NCBI RefSeq assembly: GCF_028641065.1
Contig: NC_073386.1
Coordinates: 47,058,001 to 47,122,000 of the forward strand
From: Leucoraja erinacea
Taxonomy: Eukaryota
Reading direction: 5' to 3'
DNA: 64,000 bases
Shown piece by piece: positions 11,638 to 23,959 of the stretch (position 1 is its first letter; each line of letters begins with the position of its first letter). Both the position numbers and the translations under genes were made by a program. The notes under the pieces are model-generated. The model saw nothing but the letters and a program-made list of their open reading frames with translations, ran no database searches and had not been told where the DNA came from.

Positions 11638-14283
11638 AAGGCATTATTATAGCTGTGCCAGTCCCAGTGCCTCCTATTCCTTTATATTTTGGTCACGTCC
11701 CCTCCGTCCCCTCCTCCATCTCCCACCCCACATTTGTATCTCTCAGGCCAGGATGGGGGAGAGTAGGTGTGGGATTGTCAGGTTAAATCTACCAGGAAGG
11801 TCAGGGATTGGGACTCTGGTCAATAAAGGAAGGTCTAGGTTGAGTTTAACCATGATCCAGTTGCTGCCTGCGCAGTGTGGCTGCAGATCAAAACAATCAT
11901 CATCGGACACACAATCGTGTACTGCACCTAGTAAGCACACTGCAACTCCTCTAACAGGGTGTTTTGCATGCCTAGAAATTCACCTGTGCTAGCAATCACT
12001 AACCACACAATATAGCAGTGTCTAGGCATTGTGCATTGCCTTAATTCATTCAATGGGTTTCAGCCCTGGCCATTCCTACTATGACCAAGCTGCCTCCATA
12101 GGTACTATCTTGGGGTTGATCCATTGCAATGACTTTCTGTGCAACCTTTCTTGCTTATAAATTAATTATAAATTCTTCTACTTTTCTCGGTATCCTTCCA
12201 TTTATTGTGATCCCCTTATCTAGTTTCCCCCTCCCCAAATGCAAACCTAGCACTTTCAAGACAAGATTTGATTTGCAACATTTTGACTTCCGTATCAGTC
12301 CACTGATACCCTACAACTTTCTGCCTTGCTACCAATCACATAGTCAGTTCAGTATCATCCACAGATTCCCTTATTGTAACTCCATTATAATCAAGTTCAG
12401 TTCATTGATACCCAGCACGAGATCTGAAGAACCAAGCACTGAGCCGTGCAGAATCCCATTGAATACAGTCATGAAAACTTGTGTTTGAACATTACACTTT
12501 GGTTTCTGCCATTTTGTAATTACAGATCTCGTGGCATTTCCTCTGGATCCCATGGCCTTAGACCTTCCTTGGCCATCCATCTTGACAAACGCCTTTGTAA
12601 AATGCAAACGGAGCACATCAAGCACACTATTCTCATTGACCATTATTGTTAGCACTCATGACTAGTTAACCAAGTTTGACAGACACATCCTTAATAAATC
12701 CATGCTGGTCATTGTTGAATAAACTGTAGATTTATGGAAGACAATTCATGCAGTCTCTCCAGAAAGTTTCCAATAATTTGTTCTCTTCCAGTGTTATACT
12801 GAGACGCCTGTAGTTCCTTCTATCCCTTTTTAAGTAGCGATTGAGTTTTTGAGGAGGTGCTTAAAGCAATTGACGAGGTTAGGATGGTGGATTTGTCTAC
12901 ATGGATTTTAGTAAGGCATTTGATAAATTCTCCCATGGTAGGCTGATCCAGAAGATTAAGATGCATGGGATTGACCTTAACACGATCATATGGATACAGA
13001 ACCGGCTTAAGGATAGAAGACGGAGGGTTGTGGTGGAAGGACAATATTTAGGTTGGAGGTTTGTGACCAGTGGAGTTCTGTGCTGGGACCACTGTTGTTC
13101 GTGATGTATATAAATGAATTGGACAAGAACATAGATGGGTTGGTTGGTAATTTGCAGATGACACTAACATTACAGATGGAATTTAATCCAAGCAAGGCTT
13201 AAAAACTTGTGGAAAATATTGACTCCTTTTGAGCAATTGCAGCAATTTGCAAAAGACAACAGCTTGCTTTGCTTCCGTGAGGAAAAGCAGCTGAAAATGC
13301 ATAAATATGTTAAACAGTTTTAAAGCATTTTACGACTCTCTTGTGGCTTGTTCTCTCGTGTCCTCTGGTGGTTCCTGTTGAGAAACAGCTGCTGACCTCC
13401 CCAACTATCAGCCATCATCCTGCAACAGGAACTGCAACGTGATCAGGATGGATGGCCCAGAGGGTAGGGCTGCTTTGTATATAAAAATACACCCATCGTC
13501 TCCTTTAAACTTTGCCCATCGCCCACTTTAAAGCATTACCCCATCCTAGGGTAAAGGTTCTTACTATCAACCCTATCTATGCCTCTCGTAATGTTAAGTG
13601 CTTCTATCAGGTCTTCCCGCAACCTCTGAAGTTCCAGAGTAAACAATCCAAGTCTGTCCAACCTCTCATTGTGCCTAATATCTGCCAAGCCAGGCATCAT
13701 ACTGATAAACATCCTTTGCACCCTTTCCAATGCCTCCATATCCCTCCTGCAATGGGGTACATGCAGTACTCCAAATTCAGCATAACCAAAGGCCTATGAA
13801 GCGCATTATGACTTCCTGCTTCTTATTTCAATGTCCCAGCCTATGAAAGTAAGCTCCTGCCTTCTTGACCACTCTATCTGTCTGTGTTGCCACTTGCAGG
13901 GAGATATGGACTTGGACCCCAAGATCCCTCTGTATATCAATGCTGTTCAGGGTCATGCCATTAATTGTATATTTTCCCCTTACATTCGACGTTCCAATTT
14001 GCAGATTTCACCAACCAATCCATCCAAATAAATAATCTATAGAATTCCTAATTATTTGCTGTACCTGCATGTTAAGTGTTTTTTCAGTGATTCCCAGATC
14101 CATTTGTGCCCCAACACTTTGCAGCCTTGTTGCATGAATATTGCTTTTTCATTCTTCCTTCCAATATTTATGACCTTACATTTTCCCATATGAACCTCCA
14201 CCTCCGAAATTCTTGTCCACTCAGCCAACCGTTCCATATTGCACTGCATGCTCTTCAAGTTCACCTCACGGCATGTTAACCCA

Positions 14284-14381
14284 AGGTAGACAAAAATGCT
14301 GGAGAAACTCAGCGGGTGAGGCAGTATCTATGGAGCGAAGGAATGGGTGACGTTTCGGGTCGAGACCTTCTTCAGACTTCA
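14284..14381 (-). mobile_element. 98-bp Penelope-derived micro-element
   Basis: Perfect 13-bp TSD GCATGTTAACCCA (14271-14283, 14382-14394); hammerhead motif on the minus strand. Confidence 0.85.
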
Positions 14382-15021
14382 GCATGTTAACCCATGTAAC
14401 ATTGCATCATCAGCAAATGTACTCTGTCCCTTCCGTGCACTTTGTCCCTTCACCAAGCCATAAATACAGATTATAGAAAGTGCCCCTTCAGCACTCTTTG
14501 GGACCTCCCCAGTTACTGACTGCCAATCTGAAAATGACCAACTGATACTACTGTTTTCTGATTGTTCACCATTCCACTATCCATGCTAATATGACGGGTG
14601 TCAGGGGTTATGGGGAGAAGGCAGGAGAATGGGGTTAGGAGGGAGGGATGGATCAGCCATGATTGAATGGAAGAGTAGACGTGATGGGCCGAATGGCCTA
14701 ATTCTGCTCCTATCACTTATGATCTTATGACCTAATATTTATTATTCCAGCCCATACATTTTTACCTTGAGGCAGCTTTTCAATTGCCTTCTGGAAATCT
14801 AAACATACCACATATTGTGTTTCCCCTTTGTCCTTCCTATTTGTGGCATCATCAAAGTTATTGATTTTGTTGTTATTAAATGTAATTTCTTTTTTCCATA
14901 AAACCATATTGAATTGCTTAATAATGTAGGCGATGTAAGATGGAGAACATAAAACAGCCCAGTACAGGAACGGCTCTTTTGGCCCACGCTGTCTTTGGTG
15001 AAAATAGTCACGTTAAACTAA

Positions 15022-15160
15022 ATGTGTTGGAAGGAATTGCAGATGCTGCGTTATACCGAAGATAGACGCCAAATGCTGAAGTAATTCAGCGGGTCAGGCA
15101 GCATCTCTGGAGAAAAGGAATAGGTGATGTTTCGGGTGGGAACCCTTCTTCTGATTGAAA
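15022..15160 (-). mobile_element. Penelope-derived micro-element
   Basis: Same tail family, ending at a degenerate hammerhead. Confidence 0.7.
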
Positions 15161-17109
15161 GATAGAGAAGGCCAGAACAAAACTTGCATGTGATCCATAT
15201 CCCTCCATTCCTTGCACATCCATGTGCCTATCTAAGAGACTTAGATGCGTTAGACTATAATATCTGCCTCCACGACCACCCCAGACAGCATGTTCTAGGC
15301 TCCTCCACTCTCTGTCCAAGAAAAGCCTTGCTCCGCTGCCTCTGACCTTAAAGCTATGCCCTCTAATCTTTGCCATTTCCACTCTGGGAGAAAGATTTTG
15401 ACTGTCTACCTTATATATAGCCTCTTATAATTTTATATACATCTATCATGTCTCCTCCCTTCAACCTCCGATGCTCCCGAGAAAAGAATCCCAGTTTGAT
15501 AATCCAAGTTTCTTATAATGTTCTAGATATCTTGCTGTTAACTTTTTAATTATGGATTTAAGCATTTTCCCAGTGACTGAAGTTACAGCTTGCTTCTTGC
15601 TTTCCTTTTTGCTTCTTTCTTGAATATTGGCTTAATTTTTTGGGACTTCCACTTCCTGGAACTATCCAGAATTCAGGGAATTCTGGTAGATTATAGACAA
15701 CGCATTCAGTATCTCTGCAGCCATTTCCTTTAATACCCTCCGATGCACACCATTTGGGTTCAGCAAACTTGTGGCCTTTTGTTTGCATAGCACTTTTACC
15801 TGTTGATAGAGATTATTTAAACACTTCCCTCCCACAGCCCTGCAGTCATAAAACAGCCCCTTTATACCAAGACTCAATCCAGTGAACGTTGGCTGCTCTG
15901 CCTCCCAAGATAAATATAACAAGATATATATAGCCTGTAGTTGTACCAAATTGACACTGGTACAATTAAGCTCATTCCAATTACTGTGGTGATGATATAA
16001 CACCTTTATTTTGTATAAATAATGGTTTAGCTGAGATGTGGAATGTAAATGTTACAGCCCTTTAATTTGAATGTTTGTTAAGCAACTGTTGCTTGAATCT
16101 TCTGACCAAACCAAAAAAGGTTCCCTCTTTTAAGATGATCTCATTTGGAGTTTTTTATTTACAGGCAAAGAGGCTCTGATTGCACTATAGATACATTAAA
16201 TGTCCACCAGTGGGCAATGGAAGGTATCTAGGCTGAAATAGCTGCTTGGAAATTTCAGTAGCTCATACGTTCATAAGTGTATGTGATAGGAGCAGAATTA
16301 AGCCATTTGGCCCATCAAATCTATGCCATTGAATCATGGCTGATCTATCTCTCCCTCCTAACCCCATATACCAGCCTTCTTCCCATAAACCCTGACACCC
16401 ATACTAATCAAGTGGCTGATTGACTAAGAGACCATTCAGACCCCGAGCTTCTGCAAGGTGCAGTCTTAGAATAAAGGGGAGGTCATTTAAGACTGAGGTG
16501 AGAAAAAACTTTTTCACCCAGAGTTTTGAATTTGTGGAATTCCCTGCCACAGAGGGCAGTGAACGCCAAGTCACTGGATGGATTTAAGAGAGAGTTAGAT
16601 CGAGCTCTAGGGGCTAGTGGAGTCAAGGTATACGGGAAGAAAGCAGGCGCGGGTTATTGATAGACGATCAGCCATGATCACAATGAATGACGGTGCTGGC
16701 TCGAAGGGCCGAATGGCCTCCTCCTGCACCTATTTTCTATGTTTCTATGTTCACATGTCCTGTGGACAGCAAACTTTTTCCAGGTGCAGAAAATAGAGCA
16801 GAATGTCCTTGGACTCCAGTCCATTCCTCCATATCAAAGGTGTAACTATGGGAACCTGAGGGCCCAGGCCATGCACGCCTTTTTGTGGGATACATGGAGC
16901 GGTCTGCTTCCGTACTATTGAGCTCTCTCCCCCACCCATTTTTCCAGTACAGTACATCAACAACTGTACTGTTTCCTGCATTTGTACAGGACTAAAATGT
17001 CATCATTTTTGCTCCTAGTCTCCATCCTGCTCCCATTTTCATCTGTCCACCTCTGACTCCTCCCTTCCGTTTCTGTAATCCTGCCTCTGTGATTAATAGA
17101 CATGCATTA

Positions 17110-18285
17110 CAATTCTCCCAGCACTAAAAGCGATCATCGACTATATTTCTGCCAATGATGCATCCTACAAGGACTCCATTCCATTCTCCAAAATCTTCTT
17201 TCCCCACTGCATTTGCTCTGATGATGATACTTTCTACCCCAGCTATTCCTGAGCTGTGACTACCACTCAACTATAGTGACAGAGCCCAAGATCCCATCTC
17301 ATCTATTTCACATACCCCTGCTTTCACCCCTTTTCCTGGACAAAACATGAATTCCTTTTGTCTTGCCTTCTGTTCCACAAGCCTCTGCATTCACAATGTC
17401 ATCCTTCATAATTTCCACAGGCTTCAGAGGTTCTACTATTGGACCCCTGTTCCCTTCTCACCTTAGTAAATTGAAGTGACTGTTCTCTGTTATTCCTCGA
17501 TCCACTCTTCCATTGCCACCATATCCCCTTCTTGTGGCTCTTTCCTGAGAAGATTACGGAGAGTCGGTATGTCAAGGAGGACCCTCTCGAACCTCTACAG
17601 GTGCACAGTAGAGAGCATTCTGACTGGCTGCATCATGGCTTGGTTTGTCAACTTGAATGTCCAGGAGCGGAAAAGAATGCAGAAAGTTGTGACCACTGCC
17701 CAGTCCATCATCGGCTCTGACCTCCCCACCATCGAAGCGATCCATCGCAGTCGCTGCCTCAAAAAGGCAGCCAACATCATCAAAGACCCACACCATCCTG
17801 GCCATACACTCATTTCTCAGTTGCCACCAGGAAGAAGGTACAGGAGCCGGAAATCTGGAACATCCAGGTTCAAGAACAGCTTCTTCCCCACCGCCATCAA
17901 GCTACTGAACACGACATCAGACAAACTCTGAACAATAACAGCCTATTGCACTTTATCTGTTTATTTATTGTGTATGCATATGGTCTATGGTATATAGACA
18001 CACTGAACTTTTATCTCCTGTTCTGTATTATGTTTGCATATTCTGTTGTGCTGCAGCTAGCAAGAATTTCATTGTCTGGGACACAGGATAATAAAACTCT
18101 CTTGACTCTTGACCAAGAGGTGCAGCTCTTGTCCATTAACCTCTGACCTTCCCACCATCCCGTGACTCACACAGTCCTTCCAAATATAGGAACAACTAAC
18201 TTACATTCATTCCAATCTTGTGTTATGCATTTGGTGTTCACGATGTTTTCTCCATTCATCCAAACACAGATTGGGTGATTATTTA
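17110..18285 (+). mobile_element. Old Penelope-like fragment interrupted by a Rex1/Babar insertion (17540-18112)
   Basis: Degenerate Penelope RT/GIY-YIG linker sequence on both sides of the younger LINE. Confidence 0.55.
17540..18112 (+). mobile_element. Rex1/Babar LINE 3' end
   Basis: FLRRLRR.G.S..TL.NLYRCTVESILTGCI.AWF...RFKNSFFPTAIKLLN, then AATAAA + CTCTTGA tail. Confidence 0.88.
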
Positions 18286-18319
18286 GCAGGAGTGACTGAG
18301 AGGGTGTGTGCTCAAGGGT

Positions 18320-19255
18320 TGTAAGCTCCTCAGGGTTTTGTGCTCAATCCCCTGCTCAACTCCCAGTATGCCCGTGACAGTGTGGTCAAGTATAATGCCA
18401 GTCTTTAAGTCCACCGATGATACAACTGTTTTTGGCCGAATTGACAACAATGGTGAAACCGAGTGCAGGAAAGAGATCGGGAACTTTGTGTAATTGTGCC
18501 AGAACAACAATCTTGTCCATAATATCAGCAAGATGAAACAGTTGGTTGTCGACCGAAGGAAGTTGGTGTGTGATCACAACTCTGTTCTCATCAACGGAGC
18601 TGCTGTCGAGATCGTCGGCAGCTTTGTGTTCCTAGACATCCACGTGACTGACAACCTAACCTGCTGCCTTCACATTGATGCAATGATCAAGAGAATGCTT
18701 TAGTGCATTTACTTTCTTTAGCATCTGAGAAGATTCAATATATCCACAAGCATTCTCTCAAACTTATACAATAACGTGCTACTGCTCTGCTCTTGACCGC
18801 CTGAACCTGCAAAAAGTGGTAAGTGTTCCATCACAGGCTCGTCACTTCCATCCATCCAGTACATCTTCACGGTGCTTCGGGTCAAGAAGGCTAGAAGTAT
18901 TGTCAAGGATGCTGTCACCCTGGCCATTTCCTATTTTCACTTTTGAGAGAAGTTATAGACGCTTGACAGCCTGGATGTCCAGACTTCAGAACAGTTTATT
19001 TCCCCACTCTCAGACTCCTGAACTCTTTCACACCCCATTCCAGGAGGGTCTCCTATTTCTCTTACTAGTAACTCAGCCTCGTTTGATTATTCTGTTATTA
19101 CACTTTAGTATGTTTGTGGGGCTTTTTAGCGCTACTTCAGATTGCATTATAATCTTTGTAGCATTCTGCTGATTTGCATTTGTCGTGTGTACGTACTTAA
19201 TGCGAACAAGGAATTTCCTTGCACCCTGACGAACACAACAATAAACTAATCTGAT
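18320..19255 (+). mobile_element. Older Rex1/Babar LINE RT fragment
   Basis: FKSTDDTTVFGRI.NNGETECRKEI; NNL..NISKMKQLVVD.R; VEIVGSFVFL. Confidence 0.8.
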
Positions 19256-19385
19256 CTATGATATTGGCTTAGAACTACTAGCAAAAATAGTTTCTCACAA
19301 ATTGTTCAATGTGTGATGATCGGCCGTGAACTGCAGTTGAAACAGAACCCAATGAAATCTTCAGAAAGTGGATTAAATCCACTGT

Positions 19386-19560
19386 GTCTGAAAAGGTGTC
19401 TCGACCCGAAACGTCACCTATCAGTCTGAAGAATGGTCTCAACCCGAAAAGTCACCTATTCAGTCATAAGAAGGGCCTCAACCCGAAACGTTACCTATTG
19501 CTTTTCTCCAGAGATGCTTTGACCCGCTGAGTTACTCCAGCTTTTTGTGTCTATCTTCAG
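19386..19560 (+). mobile_element. Penelope-tail element with three tandem hammerhead-like units
   Basis: 38-39 bp period with cores at 19388, 19426 and 19465, then the standard tail. Confidence 0.8.
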
Positions 19561-19924
19561 CACAAATTAAATGGGCCACATGGCCGGTTTTTTGTGCTGC
19601 AATATTCTGTTGCCCTGAATAAACACTCACTGACTCCTGAACACAGAATCCTGGGGCCAAACTCAAGCATTGCATTCCGTCTGTTAAAAGGTGCAGTTGT
19701 TCTTGATTGATCTCAAATCGCACCCTGTAGCCCCTGTTTTCACCGAAACCCTGCACTGTTTGCATGTTCGTGATTAATAAACACCAATCATGTATTCAAC
19801 AATGCAGCATGCCCTCTAGGTGGCACTCTGAACTACACCAGCCACCTCTGACTACAACATTAGTTCCAACACCAGAGCCAATATTTTACTGTTCACTGGA
19901 AGACTAAATAAAGATGTAGTAGTC

Positions 19925-20335
19925 GGCCCCCCTCAGTCATGACTGATCCTGTTCGATGCAAGCCTGGGCGATGTCATATGGAGGACAGGCTGTTGCCCAT
20001 GCAGCACGCCCCACCCTCTCCACGTTGCTGATCGATCCAAAGGAACAGCAGGGCCGTTACAGTTTGACACCAGTGCCGTCGCAGGAGCTGCCAGAGCGAG
20101 GTTGTAGACAACGACGAACTGCCTTAGGGGCTCCGACTCCGGATTTTCTTGAGGTTTACTCCTGGAGCCTTTTCCATGACTGGATATGGCCACAAGGCAG
20201 TGGAGGTTTTAAATCAGAGTTTTCCCTCTCCTAGATGGACTGCCTTCCCATGCTGACGACCCCCATCTGCCCGAGACTCGTGGGGGCGGGAGCGTCTACC
20301 TTCCCGTGCAGGTCTATAGCACCTGCCCACTGCCC
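19925..20335 (-). mobile_element. Probable 5' leader of an RTE-clade-like non-LTR retrotransposon (or derived SINE)
   Basis: GC-rich island. The minus-strand GGCAGTCCATCTAGGAGAGGGAAAACTCTGA motif is recalled from RTE-type 5' UTRs; family not verified. Confidence 0.45.
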
Positions 20336-21141
20336 TCAATTAAAGATGAATACCTCATTTATTATGTGTTCTTGTTGGAGGTGCACAATGTTTATTTTCA
20401 GTTGCTATTTGTATTAACCTGGACTTTAATTCCATTTTATAAGTGCAGTTCTGTGCCAGATTTAGTCTGCACAGCATCCAATTTGCCCAAGGCTAATTCA
20501 CTTTAGGTTATAAATCACCATTGTAACCTTCAAGCAGGAATGTTTAAAATGCTCTTGTGATGTTCCTATCTGTCCTATTTTGATGAAGATTAACTCAATA
20601 ACTTTAAATAGATTGACAGCAACTGGTAAATACTGTACATGAGATCACAGTAAGAACATGTTAAATGTTTGCATATGAAGTCCCCAACTGGTACTTATTA
20701 ATGCCACATCAGTCTTCAGAGCTAAACCTTTGTGTACGATATGGAGAGGAAGTCAATACAATCTGTATATATATCAGTGGAACTGGCGCAAAGCTCCAGC
20801 ATGAGTTCTGCGGAAACCACCAGGGTTAATCATTTAGAGCAGCTTCTGCAGCATCAGACAAACCATTCATAACTTAACATTCTTGGCACTAGGTGTTTCT
20901 TTAGAGAGAGTTTCTACAGTGTCTAATGGATGGATGGGTTTTTGGAGATGGTGATGGGAACAACCTGCTTTATTACAGAGGTGGCTGGAGTTGCTTGGGA
21001 TAGTGTTAAAACCGCCATTGGTACATATGCTGCACATGTGGTCACACATCAGGCCCATTGAAAGCTGGGTTGTAATCGTGCAAGGCAGTGTTTAAGCCAG
21101 CTTCCTGTTTTCTATTCCTAACATATCCAACAGTAATGAGT

Positions 21142-21176
21142 CTGAAGAAGGGTCTCGACCCGAAACGTCACCCATT
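21142..21176 (+). ncRNA. Minimal hammerhead ribozyme motif (Penelope type), best-preserved copy
   Basis: CTGAAGA-A-GGGT(CTCG)ACCC-GAAACGTC: core CUGANGA and GAAA, stem II, palindromic ACGU mini stem III, GUC site. Activity untested. Confidence 0.7.
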
Positions 21177-21274
21177 CTTTCTCTCCAGAGTTGCTGCCTG
21201 TCCCGCTGAGTTACTCCAGCATTTTGTGTCTGCCTTCGATTTAAACCAGCACCTGCAGTTCTTTCTTACATACA
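21142..21274 (+). mobile_element. 133-bp Penelope-derived micro-element
   Basis: Flanked by TAATGAGT direct repeats (21134-21141, 21275-21282). Confidence 0.8.
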
Positions 21275-22039
21275 TAATGAGTTAACCATTGAGAGGCAAT
21301 ATTTCAGCAAACATTAGTCAGAGAACTCATAACAATGAAGCTACACATGTTCAACATGCCAAAGACCAAAACAGTTCCACAGTAGGTAGATGTTCAATAA
21401 CCATGAAAAATGTGTTTATTTTGAGGCATTTTCATTTATTTTGAATTTGTTTCAAGATGATTGAAATGCAGCATACTTTGATTTGTGAGTGGCATAATAA
21501 TAAACAGCGGTGCTATTTCTGGCTCCTTCCACTGCCGTCTCATTGGGATAGTTGTGTAGATGGCAGTCAACTACCAAGCAGTTATATATTTGACAAGAAA
21601 AAGTGAACCACTTACATCACTTCTGCTTTTCGTGTTCATCTTGTTACAAATGTTGACCTCGCTGTCATCGTCCGTCCTGAAAAGGACACAATCAGTGGAA
21701 GCCATCACTTGTTGCAATAGATGATGGTGGTAGCAGAATTAGCTCAAGATACTTCCAGTTTCCAGCCCCGTGACGTGGACGCTTCTGCTACAGAGCCCAC
21801 AAAAGGATAAAGAACCACAACAATTTAAAAGTTACAAACACCAGTTATAGGTTGAAAGCTTATCTTCCATCTATTTAGACCTTCTTCAGTGTCCAATTAA
21901 AAAATACTGTGATATATAGCTTAAATGGTAGTGTGAGCCAATGCTCACTATACAATTCACTTGAGTTTATTTCTCGGAGTTCCAAATAAGCAGCCCGGTT
22001 TGCTCTACCGCCTGAAAACCAATATGAACCCTATACTGT

Positions 22040-22183
22040 GTATGAAGGAACTGCAGATGCTGGTTTAAACCAAAGAAAGACACAAAATGCTGGAGTAACT
22101 CAACGGAACAGGCAGCATTGACCCATTCCTTCTCTCCAGAGGTGCTGCCCGTCCCCCGCTGAGTTACTCCAGCATTTTGTGTT
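22040..22183. mobile_element. Fold-back Penelope-tail element
   Basis: Inverted arms ACACAAAATGCTGGAGTAACTCA / TGAGTTACTCCAGCATTTTGTGT; 17-bp TSD TATGAACCC(T/C)ATACTGT. Confidence 0.85.
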
Positions 22184-22896
22184 TATGAACCCCATACTGT
22201 TCTGTGTCATATGTGCCAGGAATTTCTAAGATTTGCTCTATATTAAATATAAAGGTTGTGAGTCAGAAGATTGGAGAGGGAGAAGAGGGTTGAGGATGGG
22301 GTATGAATAATGATCAGTTGAGATGCTGTAATTATAATTTCTGCTACTCAGTTTGAGTGTGATGCTGCTGAAAAATCTTGCAATAATGTTTAGGCACACG
22401 TATGAAAAGGGGCTCTGAAGCCAACTATTGACAGGCCAGAAGTTGTTGATTAATGACTTTGCAACGTGCAAAAGCCTTTTTATTATCAAAACTCTATCTT
22501 TCTTGGAATGATCATTTTCATAAAAACTGTTCATTTTAGAGAGCCAAATAATTATAAAAAGTACAATATTGACATAATGCAAATTCCATGTAATTGCTAA
22601 TGCTGCCTCTTCACAACTTGAGCACAACATTTCCCAATACCAACCCCTAAAAGGTTACTTGGTTTAAGCTGCTTCAATGGGTCAGGCAGCATCTGTTGAG
22701 GAAAATGGACAGACAGTGTTTTAGGTTTGGAAGCTGTAAAATGTTTTGTGATTTTCTATCGGCAATAGATGCTGTCAAAGAAAAATTAATTCTTCCAGAG
22801 AGTTGTGATTTCTACATGTTATTAACTTGCTGCTGAGTTCCCATACCCATGTTCTATTGTTCCCATACCCAGTGTTCTATTGTATTTGCTTTGCAG

Positions 22897-22977
22897 TTCG
22901 TATCCTGGGGAAGGTGAGCGAAAGTCTGGGGAAAATCTGCTGTGTTCGTCCACATGTTGAACGCTTCACCTTTGTGG
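22897..22977 (+). CDS. NMNAT2: NMNAT2 coding exon (equivalent to exon 6; palmitoylation CC motif)
   Basis: ttgcag| ... G|gtaagt; (V)[26 protein letters not shown]; 81 nt, phase 1/1. Confidence 0.97.
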
Positions 22978-23282
22978 GTAAGTGCGTCATTTATTTTGCG
23001 TAAAAACAGACACCTGATCAGGCAAACATTCCTGGTGCTTGAACATCCAGAATTACTCTAGAGTGAGGGCTGCACCATATTAAATAGCCTTGTTCAAAGC
23101 ATTTCAAAGCTTAAACAGAGAACATTAAACTTGCCCACAATTAGGCATTTAAAATGACAAAAACATAATTGTATTTTCAAATTTTGAAATTTGGTTTTTG
23201 GCTGGGGACCATTTCCAATATCAAGAAATTGTTCCTGAGTCAGAAGTACAAAGGTCATATTACTGATCTGTGCAGATGGGCA

Positions 23283-23630
23283 CACATGGAACTACAGATG
23301 CAACATTCTTGAGCAAAACACAAAGTACTGGAGTAACTCAGCAATCCAGGCAGCATCTATGGAGATGCTGGAAGATCGAAGGTACACAGAAATGCTGGAG
23401 AAACTCAGCGGGTGCAGCAGCATCGATGGAGCGAAGGAAATAGGCTGCACCCGCTGAGTTTCTCCAGCAGTTGTGTGTACCTAGCATCTATGGAGGAACT
23501 GGATTGGAGATGTTTTGGATTGCGACCCTTCTTCAATGTCTGAAGAAGGGTCTTGTCCTGAAACATCACTTATCCCTTCCTTCCAGAGATGCTGCCCGAC
23601 CTGCTGAGTTAATCCAGCACTTGTGTTTGG
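23283..23630. mobile_element. Nested fold-back Penelope-tail elements
   Basis: Inner hairpin at 23380-23482 inside an older outer fold-back copy. Confidence 0.75.
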
Positions 23631-23959
23631 TATAGATAGACAGATGAGTTGTAGATAATAACACAAAACATAATAAGAAGCATTGGTTAAATGTTTTACG
23701 GGAGCTCCAAGCTCATTAGAAATCCAACTTGAAAAGCGATTCATAATGTACTGCCTAATGTGTATGTGTTTTCAGTTGGCTTCTGAGATTTTGTTGCACG
23801 TGAAGTCTTGTGGTTATGGTTAAAGTGTGTTGGTTTAATGTTTCCATAGAAAAATCGGTTGGATTCATGAAGGGTAGTTGGCCATGTAAAATGTTGAAGT
23901 AAATTCTGGCATAACACAAATATTCACCACACAAATATTCATAACGAATAAAATATTCA

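Larger units (their letters stand above)
12130..16750. mobile_element. Cluster of nested CR1 LINE fragments in both orientations
   Basis: RT motifs DFSKAFDK (12901+), CLDFQKA (14725-), LERVQRMF..MPGL (13536-), LHFTKAF (12371-); 3' tails at ~14590-14730(+), 16265-16410(-), 16460-16750(+). Confidence 0.8.
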
